From: a virus
Taxonomy: Duplodnaviria > Caudoviricetes
Direction: 5' to 3' (one strand)
IMG/VR virus record: IMGVR_UViG_3300021387_000688
DNA length: 64,000 nt
The position numbers and the translations under genes were made by a program. The notes under the pieces are model-generated. The model did not search any database. It saw only the letters and a list, made by a program, of their open reading frames with translations, and had not been told where the DNA came from. Below, piece after piece: positions 27,074 through 39,200 of this stretch (position 1 is the first letter of the stretch; each line of letters starts with the position of its first letter).

Positions 27074-27589
27074 TTACTCCTCTATGATGTTGCACTGACA
27101 TGCTTTCATAACAGCTAAAGCAGCCTTATGATTTTCCGGATTCAAATCTGCACAACAATTTGCCAAAACATTTACTTCAACATTGTCAATCATTTTGATT
27201 GCAAGTGCATTGCTTACGACACAAATAGATGTTACTGTTCCACAGATTGTAACTTCGTCTCCTGGACGAATAAATTCTTTCCAACCTTCGAATCCGAAAT
27301 GTTTTTTATCTACATAGAGTGTTTCATCTGTAGCTTCTTCTGCAAGTTCAGGGACGATTTCCCAACCTTCTGTACCTTCAATACAATGCTTAAATGGAAG
27401 TTTAATTCCTTCCATTGTTTCAAGATAATCTTCCCCATGGCTATCATGAGTAAAAATCAAATTCATTCCTTCTGCTTTTGCCTTCTGCAAAGCTTTCTTA
27501 ATGTTTGGAATAATTGCCACTGCATCCTTATTTGCCAATGTGCCTGTACAGAAATCGTTCTGCATATCTATTACAATAAAATGTTTCAT
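27074..27589 (-). CDS. pncA: Nicotinamidase (isochorismatase family)
   Basis: VIDMQNDF, THDSH, HCIEGTEGW, DKKHF, GTVTSICV; AAGGAG SD before ATG 27589. Confidence 0.9.
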   Translation of the reverse strand: MKHFIVIDMQNDFCTGTLANKDAVAIIPNIKKALQKAKAEGMNLIFTHDSHGEDYLETMEGIKLPFKHCIEGTEGWEIVPELAEEATDETLYVDKKHFGFEGWKEFIRPGDEVTICGTVTSICVVSNALAIKMIDNVEVNVLANCCADLNPENHKAALAVMKACQCNIIEE

Positions 27590-27590
27590 A

Positions 27591-28172
27591 TTACTTAATC
27601 TCCTTAATTTCAAACTTTGATGATGTATTTACTCTTGAAGCATACATATACCCGATTAAACCCATTCCACCTTTCTTTAACAAAGTGGCCTGGTTTTCCA
27701 ACCTATCTACAAAGACTTCACAATCTTCTGTTTTGTCCAACTTCTGCTTTTTCTTGTTTAAGAATTTGTTTAATAAACCTTTATCAACAAATTCAAAAAC
27801 ATGCATCAAGTTGTTAAAGTAGGCTGGGTTTCCATTGAAGGTTGCAATCTCTTTTAAGGAGGATTGTGCAACTTCAATTCCTGTTTCCTCTCGGAATTCT
27901 CTTACTGCGGCTTCTACTGGACTTTCATTTAAGTCAACTGTACCGCAAGGGAATTCAATTGTAGAATGTTCGCAGCCCCATCTGGTCTGTTTAACAAAAA
28001 CACAAACTGGATCTACGGTTGCGTCCTTTGCGATAATCATTACCCAATCATTGCAGTTGAGTCCTACTGGCTTGAATTCCAAGTTTTCGTATTCTTTTTC
28101 AACTACAATAAAGACTGGGGTTTTAAGAAGCTCGGTCTCTTTTACTTTATTTAAAAGTTTTGGTGTAACCAT
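27591..28172 (-). CDS. Nudix hydrolase, ADP-ribose pyrophosphatase-like
   Basis: VKQTR...IEFPCGTVDLNESPVEAAVREFREETG Nudix box. Confidence 0.85.
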   Translation of the reverse strand: MVTPKLLNKVKETELLKTPVFIVVEKEYENLEFKPVGLNCNDWVMIIAKDATVDPVCVFVKQTRWGCEHSTIEFPCGTVDLNESPVEAAVREFREETGIEVAQSSLKEIATFNGNPAYFNNLMHVFEFVDKGLLNKFLNKKKQKLDKTEDCEVFVDRLENQATLLKKGGMGLIGYMYASRVNTSSKFEIKEIK

Positions 28173-28175
28173 TTT

Positions 28176-29462
28176 TTACTCCTTTGACTTCAAACGCCAA
28201 TCAAGAGTTCTACGAAGGTAGTCAACATATTCCTGGCTGCGGCTCATTGTCTTTCCACTGTCATCAGAAAGTTTTGCAACATCCTTTCCGTTTACAAGCA
28301 CGACTTTTGCAACAATGTTAAGAGGATCAATTGACTGAGGGCCACTCCAATATGTTCCAATTCCGAAAGCTGGCTTTGCTCTACCTTCAATGTATCTGCA
28401 AAGCTTGTCCCAAAGTTCAAGGCTACTAATAGAGTTACTGAAAAGAAGTGTTTTTGTTTTTGGATCAATTCCAAGAGACTTGTAGTGCTCAATCCAATCA
28501 TCAGCCCATTTGAAAGGATCACCTGAATCGTTACGAACTCCACTGAAAAGTGTTGCATAAGTTTTCTGCATATCTCTGCGGCAAAGTTCATCTCCGATCG
28601 TATCTGTAAGCCAAATACCGTTCCAAACTCCGTACTCTTTTACCCAAGCTTCCATTGCAAACTTGTTACTATAAGCAGGATTCAAAGTTGGATTTCCCTG
28701 ACCAACGCATTCAATGAATTCATGAGCGCAAGTTCCAACAGGGGTGACATTGTATTTTTTTGCCAAAAGAACGTTTGAAGTTCCAATAAAGCCAGGAAGT
28801 TTTTCTTCTGCAAGACGGCCAATCAACCAATCCTGAGCTTCGTAAGAAAGGCGGCGACGTGCGCCAAATTCAGACCAAGCTCCAAAATGGAAGTCTCCTT
28901 CCTTCATCTGCTTGATTTTTTCTTCTGTCTTTTCTTTGAATTCTTTTAAGAGCTTGTCATAGTCGTAGTGATTGTGATAATAAACTTCTGCAAAAATCTC
29001 AAGTACTGGAATTTCGTAGTATTCAATATATTCCTGAACACCATGGAAGTTTAATCCAATACCGAACTTTTCATCTTCAGTGAAAGTAAAGTCTTCAAGA
29101 CATGGGTGCCAGAATTTCAAGAAGTTGAGATAATCCCTTTTAATCCAAGGACATTTCTTTCCAAGGTATTCAAGTTCATCTACTTCAAAACGAAGGGCAC
29201 AATAAGCTTTGATTTGATTTTCGATTTCGGTACGATCTTTGGCATCGTATTTTTCTGGATGTTTGGAATCTTTTCCAACGTTACGGGCTTTGAAGTCCCA
29301 AGTTGTTTTAAGATTTCCGAATTGATGATGATAAGTCTGGCCCATACTGAATTTGTACAAGTCAGTATCAAGTAATGATTTTACCATTGGAGGATACTTC
29401 AATCCGAAGAACTCCATTACTTCTGCTTCGTCAGCAGTTCTTTTGCCGTGAATTTCCCACAT
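28176..29462 (-). CDS. pncB: Nicotinate phosphoribosyltransferase
   Basis: SLLDTDLYKFSM, SEFGARRR, GTSNV, GTCAHE, LTDT, VRNDSGDP, FGIGT, KLSDDSGK. Confidence 0.95.
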   Translation of the reverse strand: MWEIHGKRTADEAEVMEFFGLKYPPMVKSLLDTDLYKFSMGQTYHHQFGNLKTTWDFKARNVGKDSKHPEKYDAKDRTEIENQIKAYCALRFEVDELEYLGKKCPWIKRDYLNFLKFWHPCLEDFTFTEDEKFGIGLNFHGVQEYIEYYEIPVLEIFAEVYYHNHYDYDKLLKEFKEKTEEKIKQMKEGDFHFGAWSEFGARRRLSYEAQDWLIGRLAEEKLPGFIGTSNVLLAKKYNVTPVGTCAHEFIECVGQGNPTLNPAYSNKFAMEAWVKEYGVWNGIWLTDTIGDELCRRDMQKTYATLFSGVRNDSGDPFKWADDWIEHYKSLGIDPKTKTLLFSNSISSLELWDKLCRYIEGRAKPAFGIGTYWSGPQSIDPLNIVAKVVLVNGKDVAKLSDDSGKTMSRSQEYVDYLRRTLDWRLKSKE

Positions 29463-29562
29463 AGCATTTCTCCTTATAATTTATAAGATTAAATAATTGG
29501 TACTGAATGTACCTTTTATTTAATTTTATTATAGTTAGCGGTAATTGAGGATTTTCGAAAGA

Positions 29563-29814
29563 TTAATCTTCTGGGGCATCTTCCCAACCTGTATAGCAAA
29601 GTTGTCTTTTAAAAACGTTTTTCAAAACCTGAAATTCGTCTGCAGGGAGGCCATGTCCCATTTGAAGTGCTTTGTTTGTAGCCCATTTTTCGGCAAAGGC
29701 TCTTGCAGCATTTCTACTGTATACGATTTCCAAAAGGTCGTCGCGATCTGAATTTGCATATTCTGCATCCAGCCAGATTTTAATTGTTCCTTTTTCAGTT
29801 TCTCGGTAACCCAT
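29563..29814 (-). CDS. Hypothetical protein
   Basis: AAGAGGTATAATT-ATG at 29814. Confidence 0.65.
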   Translation of the reverse strand: MGYRETEKGTIKIWLDAEYANSDRDDLLEIVYSRNAARAFAEKWATNKALQMGHGLPADEFQVLKNVFKRQLCYTGWEDAPED

Positions 29815-29816
29815 AA

Positions 29817-30119
29817 TTATACCTCTTTTCTTGGGAAAGTATCTACCCAACGAATTTCGTTTACAAAAAATTTTATATAGTTTTTGAAATCATCTATGGT
29901 ATTGATAGTTTTAACTTCTTCGGCTACATTATCTCTATAACCTGTGACGAAATCAAAATCTACATCGTCGAACATTTTATCGGGAGTTAACCAAGTGAAA
30001 TGAATATCTTTATGAGGACGGCACCAATCTACTTTCAATAAGATGATGTAATCTTTATGTTCAACTGGATTTGGATTGTTAGCGGCTTTTATATTTTTGT
30101 AAAGTCTGAGTTCGTACAT
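29817..30119 (-). CDS. Hypothetical early protein
   Basis: Class I promoter and SD before ATG 30119. Confidence 0.65.
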   Translation of the reverse strand: MYELRLYKNIKAANNPNPVEHKDYIILLKVDWCRPHKDIHFTWLTPDKMFDDVDFDFVTGYRDNVAEEVKTINTIDDFKNYIKFFVNEIRWVDTFPRKEV

Positions 30120-30201
30120 AATGTCACCTTCCTTACTAATAATATCGCTTAAAAAGAATACCCTTGTTTCTAAAAATATTAAAAGGTTGACTAAATAATG
30201 T

Positions 30202-33200
30202 ATGAACACTTTATCATCTACAGTTTTTAATGCGTCAATTCCAACACAATTGACTAACGAAATCCCACATTTGAACATGTGGAATATTTTGAATAAACAA
30301 ATTAGAATGAATTGGACTAGGGATTTGGTAGGTAAATCCAAAACCTATTTTGAGGATTATAATTCTATAAAAACAGTGTTGGGAGAAAAATCTCCCAATT
30401 ACAATTCAAGAATTGTAAAGTTTACAGATCCTGATACAAATCAAAAAGTTACAGCAAAAATCAATAAAGTTAATTTCGATATAAATGGTGCTTGGGAAGT
30501 AGAAGCTGATTATCTTATGCACGAGATGACCAGATACTTATCTAAGCTCTATCCAGATGATTTAGGTTCTTTAGTTACTCTTACTGAAAAAGAAAGGCAG
30601 TCATATTTCAATGAAGCTGCCCATATGATTCATTCTTATTTTGATACAGAGCAAATTACTGTAAATGATGATACTGTAGATTTGTATTTAAGAAACAGAT
30701 TCTTAATGAATATTACAGCTGTCCGCTCAGAGACCGGTATTGCAAAACAGGAAAGTGATTTAATCAGTTTGTTAAATGACGGTACTTTGTATGCATTCTC
30801 TGGTTATACTACATTCATGGATGATGAAGGTAATGGTGTTGTTACTGTACAATCCCAAGAATGGGAAACTGTAAACAACATTCGCTTGTTCAAATACTTG
30901 TTCAGTACAGATAGGTCTTCTTGGAAAACAGCTATTGAAGCCGTTAATGGTAAAATCAACAATGATGGTTTAGCTTCTATGTTGGAAGAGTACGTAGAAG
31001 ATGTAGATGATGTAAAGTTGTTGGATAGTGGGGTACTTGAAAACTTCAAAATATTTGACACTACAGGCTTGGCAAATGAAAAAGAAGTTGCAGAAATTTA
31101 TGTAAAGCAATTAAACGATTTATTAGGTAATGGTGTTTTGTTAAACAACTTAGGAGAAAACGCCGCCATTGAATCTGTAATAAAAACTTACGGAGATACA
31201 AGAGTAGACGTACCTTTAACAAGAGATCATGCAATGGTATTCTCTAATGACATTACAGGATCTGGAGAAGTAAGTGTATTGTTTATTAACAATGAAGAAG
31301 ACTCAGATCAGTTTGGTACTGCAGATACAAAAACTCAATTACTTTGTGCAGAAAAGATAATCACTCAAGATGGTCAATGGAAAAGCTTAGATAAATTACC
31401 TTTATTTAGAACTGGTAAAGTAAGGTTCTCAGATTCTTATAAATTGGTAGTCGGAAACTACTTGATGAATCATATGGTTCGTTTGTATGAATCTTCTGAA
31501 GAGTTCCAGGACTTTGTACGTACAGCTTCAAAGAACCCTAACGTAAGATTGGAATGTGATTTCTATGCAGGAGATACATTATATTTCAAGGGTATTATTT
31601 CAGATGATTTCTTAAGAGATGATTTCTTAGAGCATGCGCAGGAATATACTAGAAGTAATTACTTTGTAAAAAACAATTGGCTCAATAACTTCTCTTTGGA
31701 AAACGTATTAATGTGCATCAACAAGATCGACGAGAATACTCCTATTGCATTAGATGCTACAGACGATACTCGTGTAGAGTGGAAACAGGTAAACCCTCAA
31801 GTAAGGCATTTAGGTCAAGTAATGTATCTTAAGAATGCATTAACTTACATGAAGGGTACTGAAGAGGAATCTCTTTATGGAGAACTTTTTGCAGAGAATG
31901 AAGCTTGGAGATCAATTGATTGGAATGAATTAGAATATGGACCTTTGTTAAGAGATGCAGAAATAGTAGAAGAAATCATCCATTCACTTTCCCAGAAGTA
32001 TGAAATCCCGGAAGATGAGCTTTGGGATAATGAAAATAAGAAAGTAGATCCTTCTAAATATACAAACGCTCAATTGATAGATATGTACAATGACATGAGT
32101 CGTCAAGGTATGTATGAAAAATCTCAAACTATTGGGCACAGTAATGTATCTATTACAGATACAATGTATAGTATCAACACTATTGAATTGCCAATAGAAA
32201 GTTTAGTATTTGTAAAAGATTTCATTAAAAACAATACACGTACTGAAAGGGTAAAGAAGTATAGTCCTACATTAAACGTAGATTACTTCTATAAAGAATA
32301 TATTGTTAACGATCAAATTGAATGGGAAGGGGAATTAGTAGAAGCTCATGCCCTTGTAGATATTTCTACTTCTGGGTCTGATGTAAAAATGTATTCTTTG
32401 AAAACTTATAAAGGTTCTATTTTCGGAGACGATGTAGTAACAGTAGAAGAAGATATTTCTAGGTTGGTAGAAGAAAGGGGTGAAATCTTAGCTTGTATTA
32501 TTGATAACTACGAAGGAAAACATTTCGTAAAAGTTTATGAAACCTTTACAAGAAATGGAGATTGCTATGTTAAGTTCTACAAGATGGGTGAACCTGATTT
32601 GAAAATGTCTACTTTTGAAAACAAAGATATTTATTTAATCTTGGACCTCGATGAAGAGTTGAGTGACGCAAAGGTAGAAGAATTTTCAAAAGAAAGAAGA
32701 AAAACCAAGAAAGTAAATATTTATAGAAACGACCAGTTCTTCTTAATTTCTAGAAGTTGGGAGCCTATAACTCAAGAATCCCTAAACTATATGTTGGATA
32801 ATACAGAATTGGATGCACCTGAAAATTATGCACGTACTTCAATTCTTTCTACAAAGACTACTGTTCCTAGAGTATTAACAGAATTGGAAGACACTGTAGT
32901 ATTCGATGGTAGTGCAGATGATGCAAAAATTGGATTGGTAAAAGATTTAATAGCAGAAAACAAATCTTTGTATTTGGATTCTTCTATTCGTATATTGCAA
33001 CATGTTCCACTTAGTGTTAGTACAACTCAGTGGAGTGAGGATTATGGAGTACTTTCATTCTTATATGAAAGTGGAGACTTGCCTGCACAGATTTCTTTCT
33101 ATGATGTAGATATTTCTTTGTACGATCCTCTTCAAGAAAATGTAAACTTCTTAAAGAGGGATGACTTGCAAGACTTAGGAATGGATGAAGCTCAAAAGGT

Positions 33201-36200
33201 TTATAACAGAAGATATGTTGTTTGGGGTAGCGTTGTATGGGATGCAAATACAGATCGATCTGTTGAAGTTTTGAGAACTATTTGGGCATCTTATTTCAGT
33301 AACTTCGAAATATACTCTACTGAAGATATTATTCCTTCAGAGTTGGTTGCACAATCTTTAGGTGTAAAGAATACTTATTCTCAAAATATTTTGAATTATG
33401 ATTACGCAGAGAATGAAGCTAATCCTACAGAACACTGGAATGTTAGTGTCGTATCTAACTTGAGAAGTAATTCTGTTACAAGTGGTGTAATTGCAAACTG
33501 TGCAGCTATTAGATTCCAGGAAGAAAACTTAACTGGAGTAAATAAGGATGCAAATGGTAACATCCTTTTTGAAAACGTATTTGGTAGAACAAAAGCCCTT
33601 GATGTAGGAAACATGTTCTATAGAACAGGTGTTGACGATCCAAGTGCAGGTTTATCATTTGGTGAAGAGCCTATTACTTTTCATAACTTAATAACAGAAG
33701 ACTGTGACTTAACAATTTCTTACGATAACGATTTTAAAGATATCGTCTTTATGAAATATAACCCAGAAAATGCTACTGTTACATTGCATGTAAAGAAAGG
33801 TATCGAAGAAAAGAATAGTAAGTTTACAGAAGGTAGTTGTAGTTATAATAACTTGGATAAACTTATTTGGACAGATGTTACTTCTACAGGATTATTCTCT
33901 GGAGTGTTAGCTAAAGTAGATGTTTTACATGCTAAGATAGATATTGTAAAATATTTGGAATGTATACTTAAAAACTATTCTGTTTTGCACCAGCAAGAAT
34001 TAAAAGGTGAAGTAGGCACTTCTTATACAAATGTAGATGAAAACAATAATGTAAAGATGACCGACATCTTAAATTATACTTATACTTATGCAACTATTGG
34101 TTCTGTAATTCCAGTATTTGCAAGAATGGTAGGTAGTGAATTAGTTATTACAGGATTCTTGTTAGATAAGAAAGGTGAGAATAAATACCACTTACATGTT
34201 TTCCAATTCGGTGCTCCATTTATTGCTCCGGTTGCAAAGACTGTAATTAATACTGACAAATATAATAGATTCCCTGTATTGGAAAAAGACTTTGAAAAAG
34301 TTGTTAAAGAGATTTCTGTATATCCTATTTATATTCCTACTTCAACTTATGATTGTAACTTGAATTTTAAGACAACGGGTGGAGATATTATTCCTAATGC
34401 TATCACAAAAGATAGTCAAGTAGAAGTTTTGGATGAAACTTTAGACACTGAAGATGGGGACGAAGGTAAAATAGATAGAAGCCGTTTGCAGATATCTTAC
34501 TTAGATACAGATGGTAAAAAGAAAAATATCTTCTTGAATAATAACCTTAAGAGATTTAAGGAGTATAAGAATTGCACTGTTTCTTTAAGTACAAGGGCTG
34601 ATGAGGATAACGAAAATTACTTGGATTGTATAATGACTTTTGATGGAGAAGATTTAGATCTTTCTGCTGAAGGCCTTATATCTTTGTACGATATGAAAGT
34701 TCCTGATTTCCGTACAAGATATGATCGTGCATTAGACAATGAAATTAAAGTTGTAGAAAGAAATACAATCTTGGATGATTTACACATTACTGCTTTCAAG
34801 CCTAATGATTTAGATCCTTCTAAAACAGATTTGATTTTGATGAATCCTTTAGATGCAAGTAACTTTAATGTAACTAATGCAATTGAACAACTTACCCCTA
34901 TTGACGAGAATGTACACACTCAGAAGGTTGTAGGAGGAAAAGGTTATATTGCAGATTTGTGGGAAGATGCAGGTTATCCAAAGATTGGATATTCTTACTA
35001 TAAGAGAGCTTTCATTGCAAATGGCGTAATTTCTCCAAACGACATTACAAGGGTTACTTTAAGTGATGAATCTTTAATAGAAGATGGTATAGATTTGACT
35101 AAGCACATAACTGCAGATGACCCAGTTACTTTGATTTTACACAATCCTCCTTCTTACTATATTGGAGCAGGTGTTAATCTGGAATTGGATACAGGTACAT
35201 ATAGTACTGCAGATGGTCCTTATAAAATCTTGCATGAAGAAACAAAATATGAAGGAGAAGATAAGGGTTCTTCTATCAATTACATCTTGGCCGGTAAACA
35301 TTCTATTGTAGTTGTAAAGGTTAATTTTGAAAACACAAAAGTTCAAGTTACAAGCGTATTTGAACTTCCAGAAGATGTTTCAAACATTAATTACGTTAAT
35401 GGAATATTCACTTTAGAAAAGAATGGTGAAACATATGAATTAAGGTCTACTGGAAATGGTAATTTACCTATTACCACAGATATGTTCTATGCAGGTCAAG
35501 TAAATAATGATACTGCAACTTTCGATGGTTACGTAGCTGTAAAGACTGTATATGATGGAGAAAATACTCAAGATGTAAGAATTAATAAAGTTTCTCAATT
35601 GGTAAATGCGCATGCAGGGTATGAAGATTTAGGACCCGTTAGTATCAAAGCTATTACAACTGTAGGTAGATATACAATCAAGTTTGATGATAAAGATCGA
35701 GTTTACGGAGAAGCTAGATACGGTGGAGAACCTTTAAGATATGTTACAGATCCTGCAGCATTAGAGATATTTGATGCTAGTGGATTTAAAGGTCAAATAT
35801 TAACTGAAGGTTCTGAAGACGATCCAGGATCATTCTCTGTAGAAAGCATTGAAGGTCTTACAGATTTGGATAAATTGAAAGACTGGATTGTTAAAACATT
35901 GAGGAATCAATTCGGTGGAGACCCAACTTTAAGCGACCCTCAATTTGAAGGCTCTATGGAAAAGAGTCAGGATTACTATTACACTACTGCTCAAGGTTCT
36001 GGATTTGCAGCATCAAAGAGTGAATGGGTAAAAGATGAGTTGATGAGAACTCTTCTAAACATCACTGCAAATGATGTATACAATAAACCAGAAGGTACTA
36101 AGCGCTGGAGAAAGGTAATTTCTAAAGATACAATTTATGTACCTACTCTTGAAGAAAGAGACGTAGAAGTAGTTTACGATGATAACTTAACTAAATGGCA

Positions 36201-39200
36201 GAAAGTGTATGTAATAAATTCAATAGGTAATACTCTTCTTAAAGATTGTACAGACCCTGAAACATTACAGGCTTTCGTAAAGGCTATCTTGCCAACCAAC
36301 TTTATTACAAGAAAAAGACCTATCATAAGTACTGAAGCTTCTTTGGACGGTACAAAAGTATTATGGGATCAAGACGCTTGTGCACTTACAGTATTTGATA
36401 AAGATGGTAACATTTCTAACAGAATTGCATATCAATACTTAGGATTAAATTACCCTGTAGATCCTGATAAGAGTGGAAAGAATGCTACAGAAGATTGGCT
36501 CATACCTAATAGAATTTATTTGAAAGCAGATGGTACTACTTTCAACAAAGCATTTAATATGGAAACTAGTGATGGAGAAGGTACATCCGAATATGACCAA
36601 ATGTATAAAGAATTTGGAAAGTATGAAGTAAAGGATAAAGTAAATGGTACAATCACAATAGTGGATGGTGCTTTATATATGCCAACTCTGTTAGCTAATG
36701 TTAATGAGGATGACATAGAAATTGTTACTCCAGATGATATGAAGTTCCAGCAGTTAGTTGCAATTTCGAAGGACGTTGAAAAGTGGAACGCCTATGTAGA
36801 TTATATGAAGAAGTTGTCTTGGTTGGCACCTGATTATAGTAATTATATGGTTTTCAATTCTCCTAACGCTATAATCAACTTCCAGAAATTAGATAATAGA
36901 TTGGAAGGATTAAAGAACGCTGGCAAGATTACTGAAGCGCAATATAACAATGCTTCTAATGTGATTAAAAATATTAACACTACTGCAAAAGATGATGATT
37001 GTGCAACAGGTATTATTAAAGGTTCTCCTTATTTGTCTTTCGATAATTATAAGAGTAATCTCTACTTAACTTCTATAGGAGTAGGAGTAGATAGTGGAAC
37101 TAACAAACCTTTGTATTTCAAATCTTTAATTACCAACTCTGGTATATTAATGAGTAGTGGTAAAGAAGCTTACATTTACGGTACAATGAAGTGGCCTACA
37201 TTTACAGAGATTAGAAATCTTTGTGAAGATTCTATCAAGGCAAAATATTCAAAGATGGAAGGTACAGAAAAGGATAATGCTGTAAATGAAGATTTGAATA
37301 AGTTGGCAGATTCATTAAATGCTAGATATGCTAAGTTTGAAACTACTAGTGAAGATGGTATGGACCAATATAAAGTAGGAGAGAATGAAGATGTAGCTCC
37401 TGCAGATACTAAGTTCATGATAAGGGTTAATTTAGATACCGGAGCTATTACACCTATGGGAGGAATGGATGCAGGTAAGACTGCTTCATTCAACAACTTA
37501 TATGCTACTACAATTGTTAATAATAAGATTATGGCAATTACAGATGTAGGTATAGGAGAATTAGGATCTGTAGGTGGTAGTGAATTTAATCCTAGTGTAG
37601 CAGGCGGAGAACAGATTAATGCATTTACGGGAGAGTTGATAAGTGCATTAAAAGATGCTAAAGCCTTTAATGGAAAAATTTCAAGTGAAGGTTCTAAGTT
37701 AACTTTAGGATCAAGTGGAACAACTGTTCATAATCAGCCAGCCGTATTTACGAAGGTAGGTGTAGTAGGAGCTACTAGTTTCACTTTGGAAGACGATGTC
37801 ATTATGGCAGATGAGGGAGACAATACTCCTATCAATGTAACAATGGTTGTAATGGATACAACTAAAGATAACTTCCAATACGGTTATGGGGATGTAGAAG
37901 GTTTGGATCAATTAAATGCCGCAGGTTCTATCTTCCAAGTAAACAGTTCTGAATATGCAGACTTTGCAACTTATGAAATTGCAAACGGCGATCTTATAAG
38001 TTACTATGCACAGAAGACTGAAGGTGAAGAAAAAACTTGGATATCTGTAGGAAGTAAAATACAAGGATTGTTCGAACCTAGACAAATCGTCAATAGAGAA
38101 AGAGATGAAAATGATACCATCCAGATAGAAAATGTAAGCGTTGCCAAGAGTGTTTATCCTAAACCTTCAGATATTGATGATGAATTGTTAGGTAACTTCT
38201 ATGACTTAGATGCAGAAGGAAATATTAAAACTGTAAAGAATACTTATGGTAGAGAAATCTTAAGGCTTGCTGATTCTACAGAACAGTGGGGTAACTTAAT
38301 TAAGAAAGTTCCTGGACTTGAAGGAAAAGATAAAATATTAGGTGACTTAACAAGTATGGTAACTTACGAAACATTGGAAGGTGGTTCTATAAGTATAACC
38401 CCTACTGTATATCCTGAAGAAATAGATCCTTCGAAGGGAGTTGCTTGGCCAGGAGAGTTAATTGGAAAGGGCTATGATTATGTAAGTAAAATAGGTCAAC
38501 CTATTCCAAAGCTGGTAAAGGTACCTAAAAACAGTGTACAGAACCTTCCTTATACTCAAGCAGAATTTATGATAAATGGAGATTCTGACATTTATGTAGG
38601 AGAAGATTATTTGAAATTGACCGCCACATTCAATAAGCCAAATGCATTATCATCTGAAAAATTCGATGATAATAAAATGAATAATACCCAAGTAACTTCT
38701 ACAGAATTCTATAAAGATTTTACAGAGAATCATCCTTACACTGCTGCTAGGGATGGTTTAGTTACTAGACAGTTGAAAATTAAAGTAGTTAATCCTACTA
38801 CTCAATTGCCTAAATTGGTAGATATTTCAAATTATAGAGTTACAAATAGCAATATATCTAAAGTCTTTAGTATACTTGGTACAGAATCTACAGAAATTGT
38901 AATACCTGCAAACGGTTACGGACAATCTGTAAGAGGTGTTTATACAAAACCTTCTGAATGCAAGTTTGAAGATGATTTATTCTATATGAAAGGAGAAGTA
39001 CAAAACGAGTACGGCGAAACTATTTACTGGGTAGACGGTAGTGATTTGACAGTGAAAGAAAATGGATTACCTGCAAACTATGAACCTATGAGAAGAATGG
39101 TTTACAGATCTTTCAAACAGGCCGATGCACATTTACTTCCAAAGTTGGCTACTAAAGAAAAGACTTCTTATGAAAACCCAGCTGTTGTAATTGACTTGAC

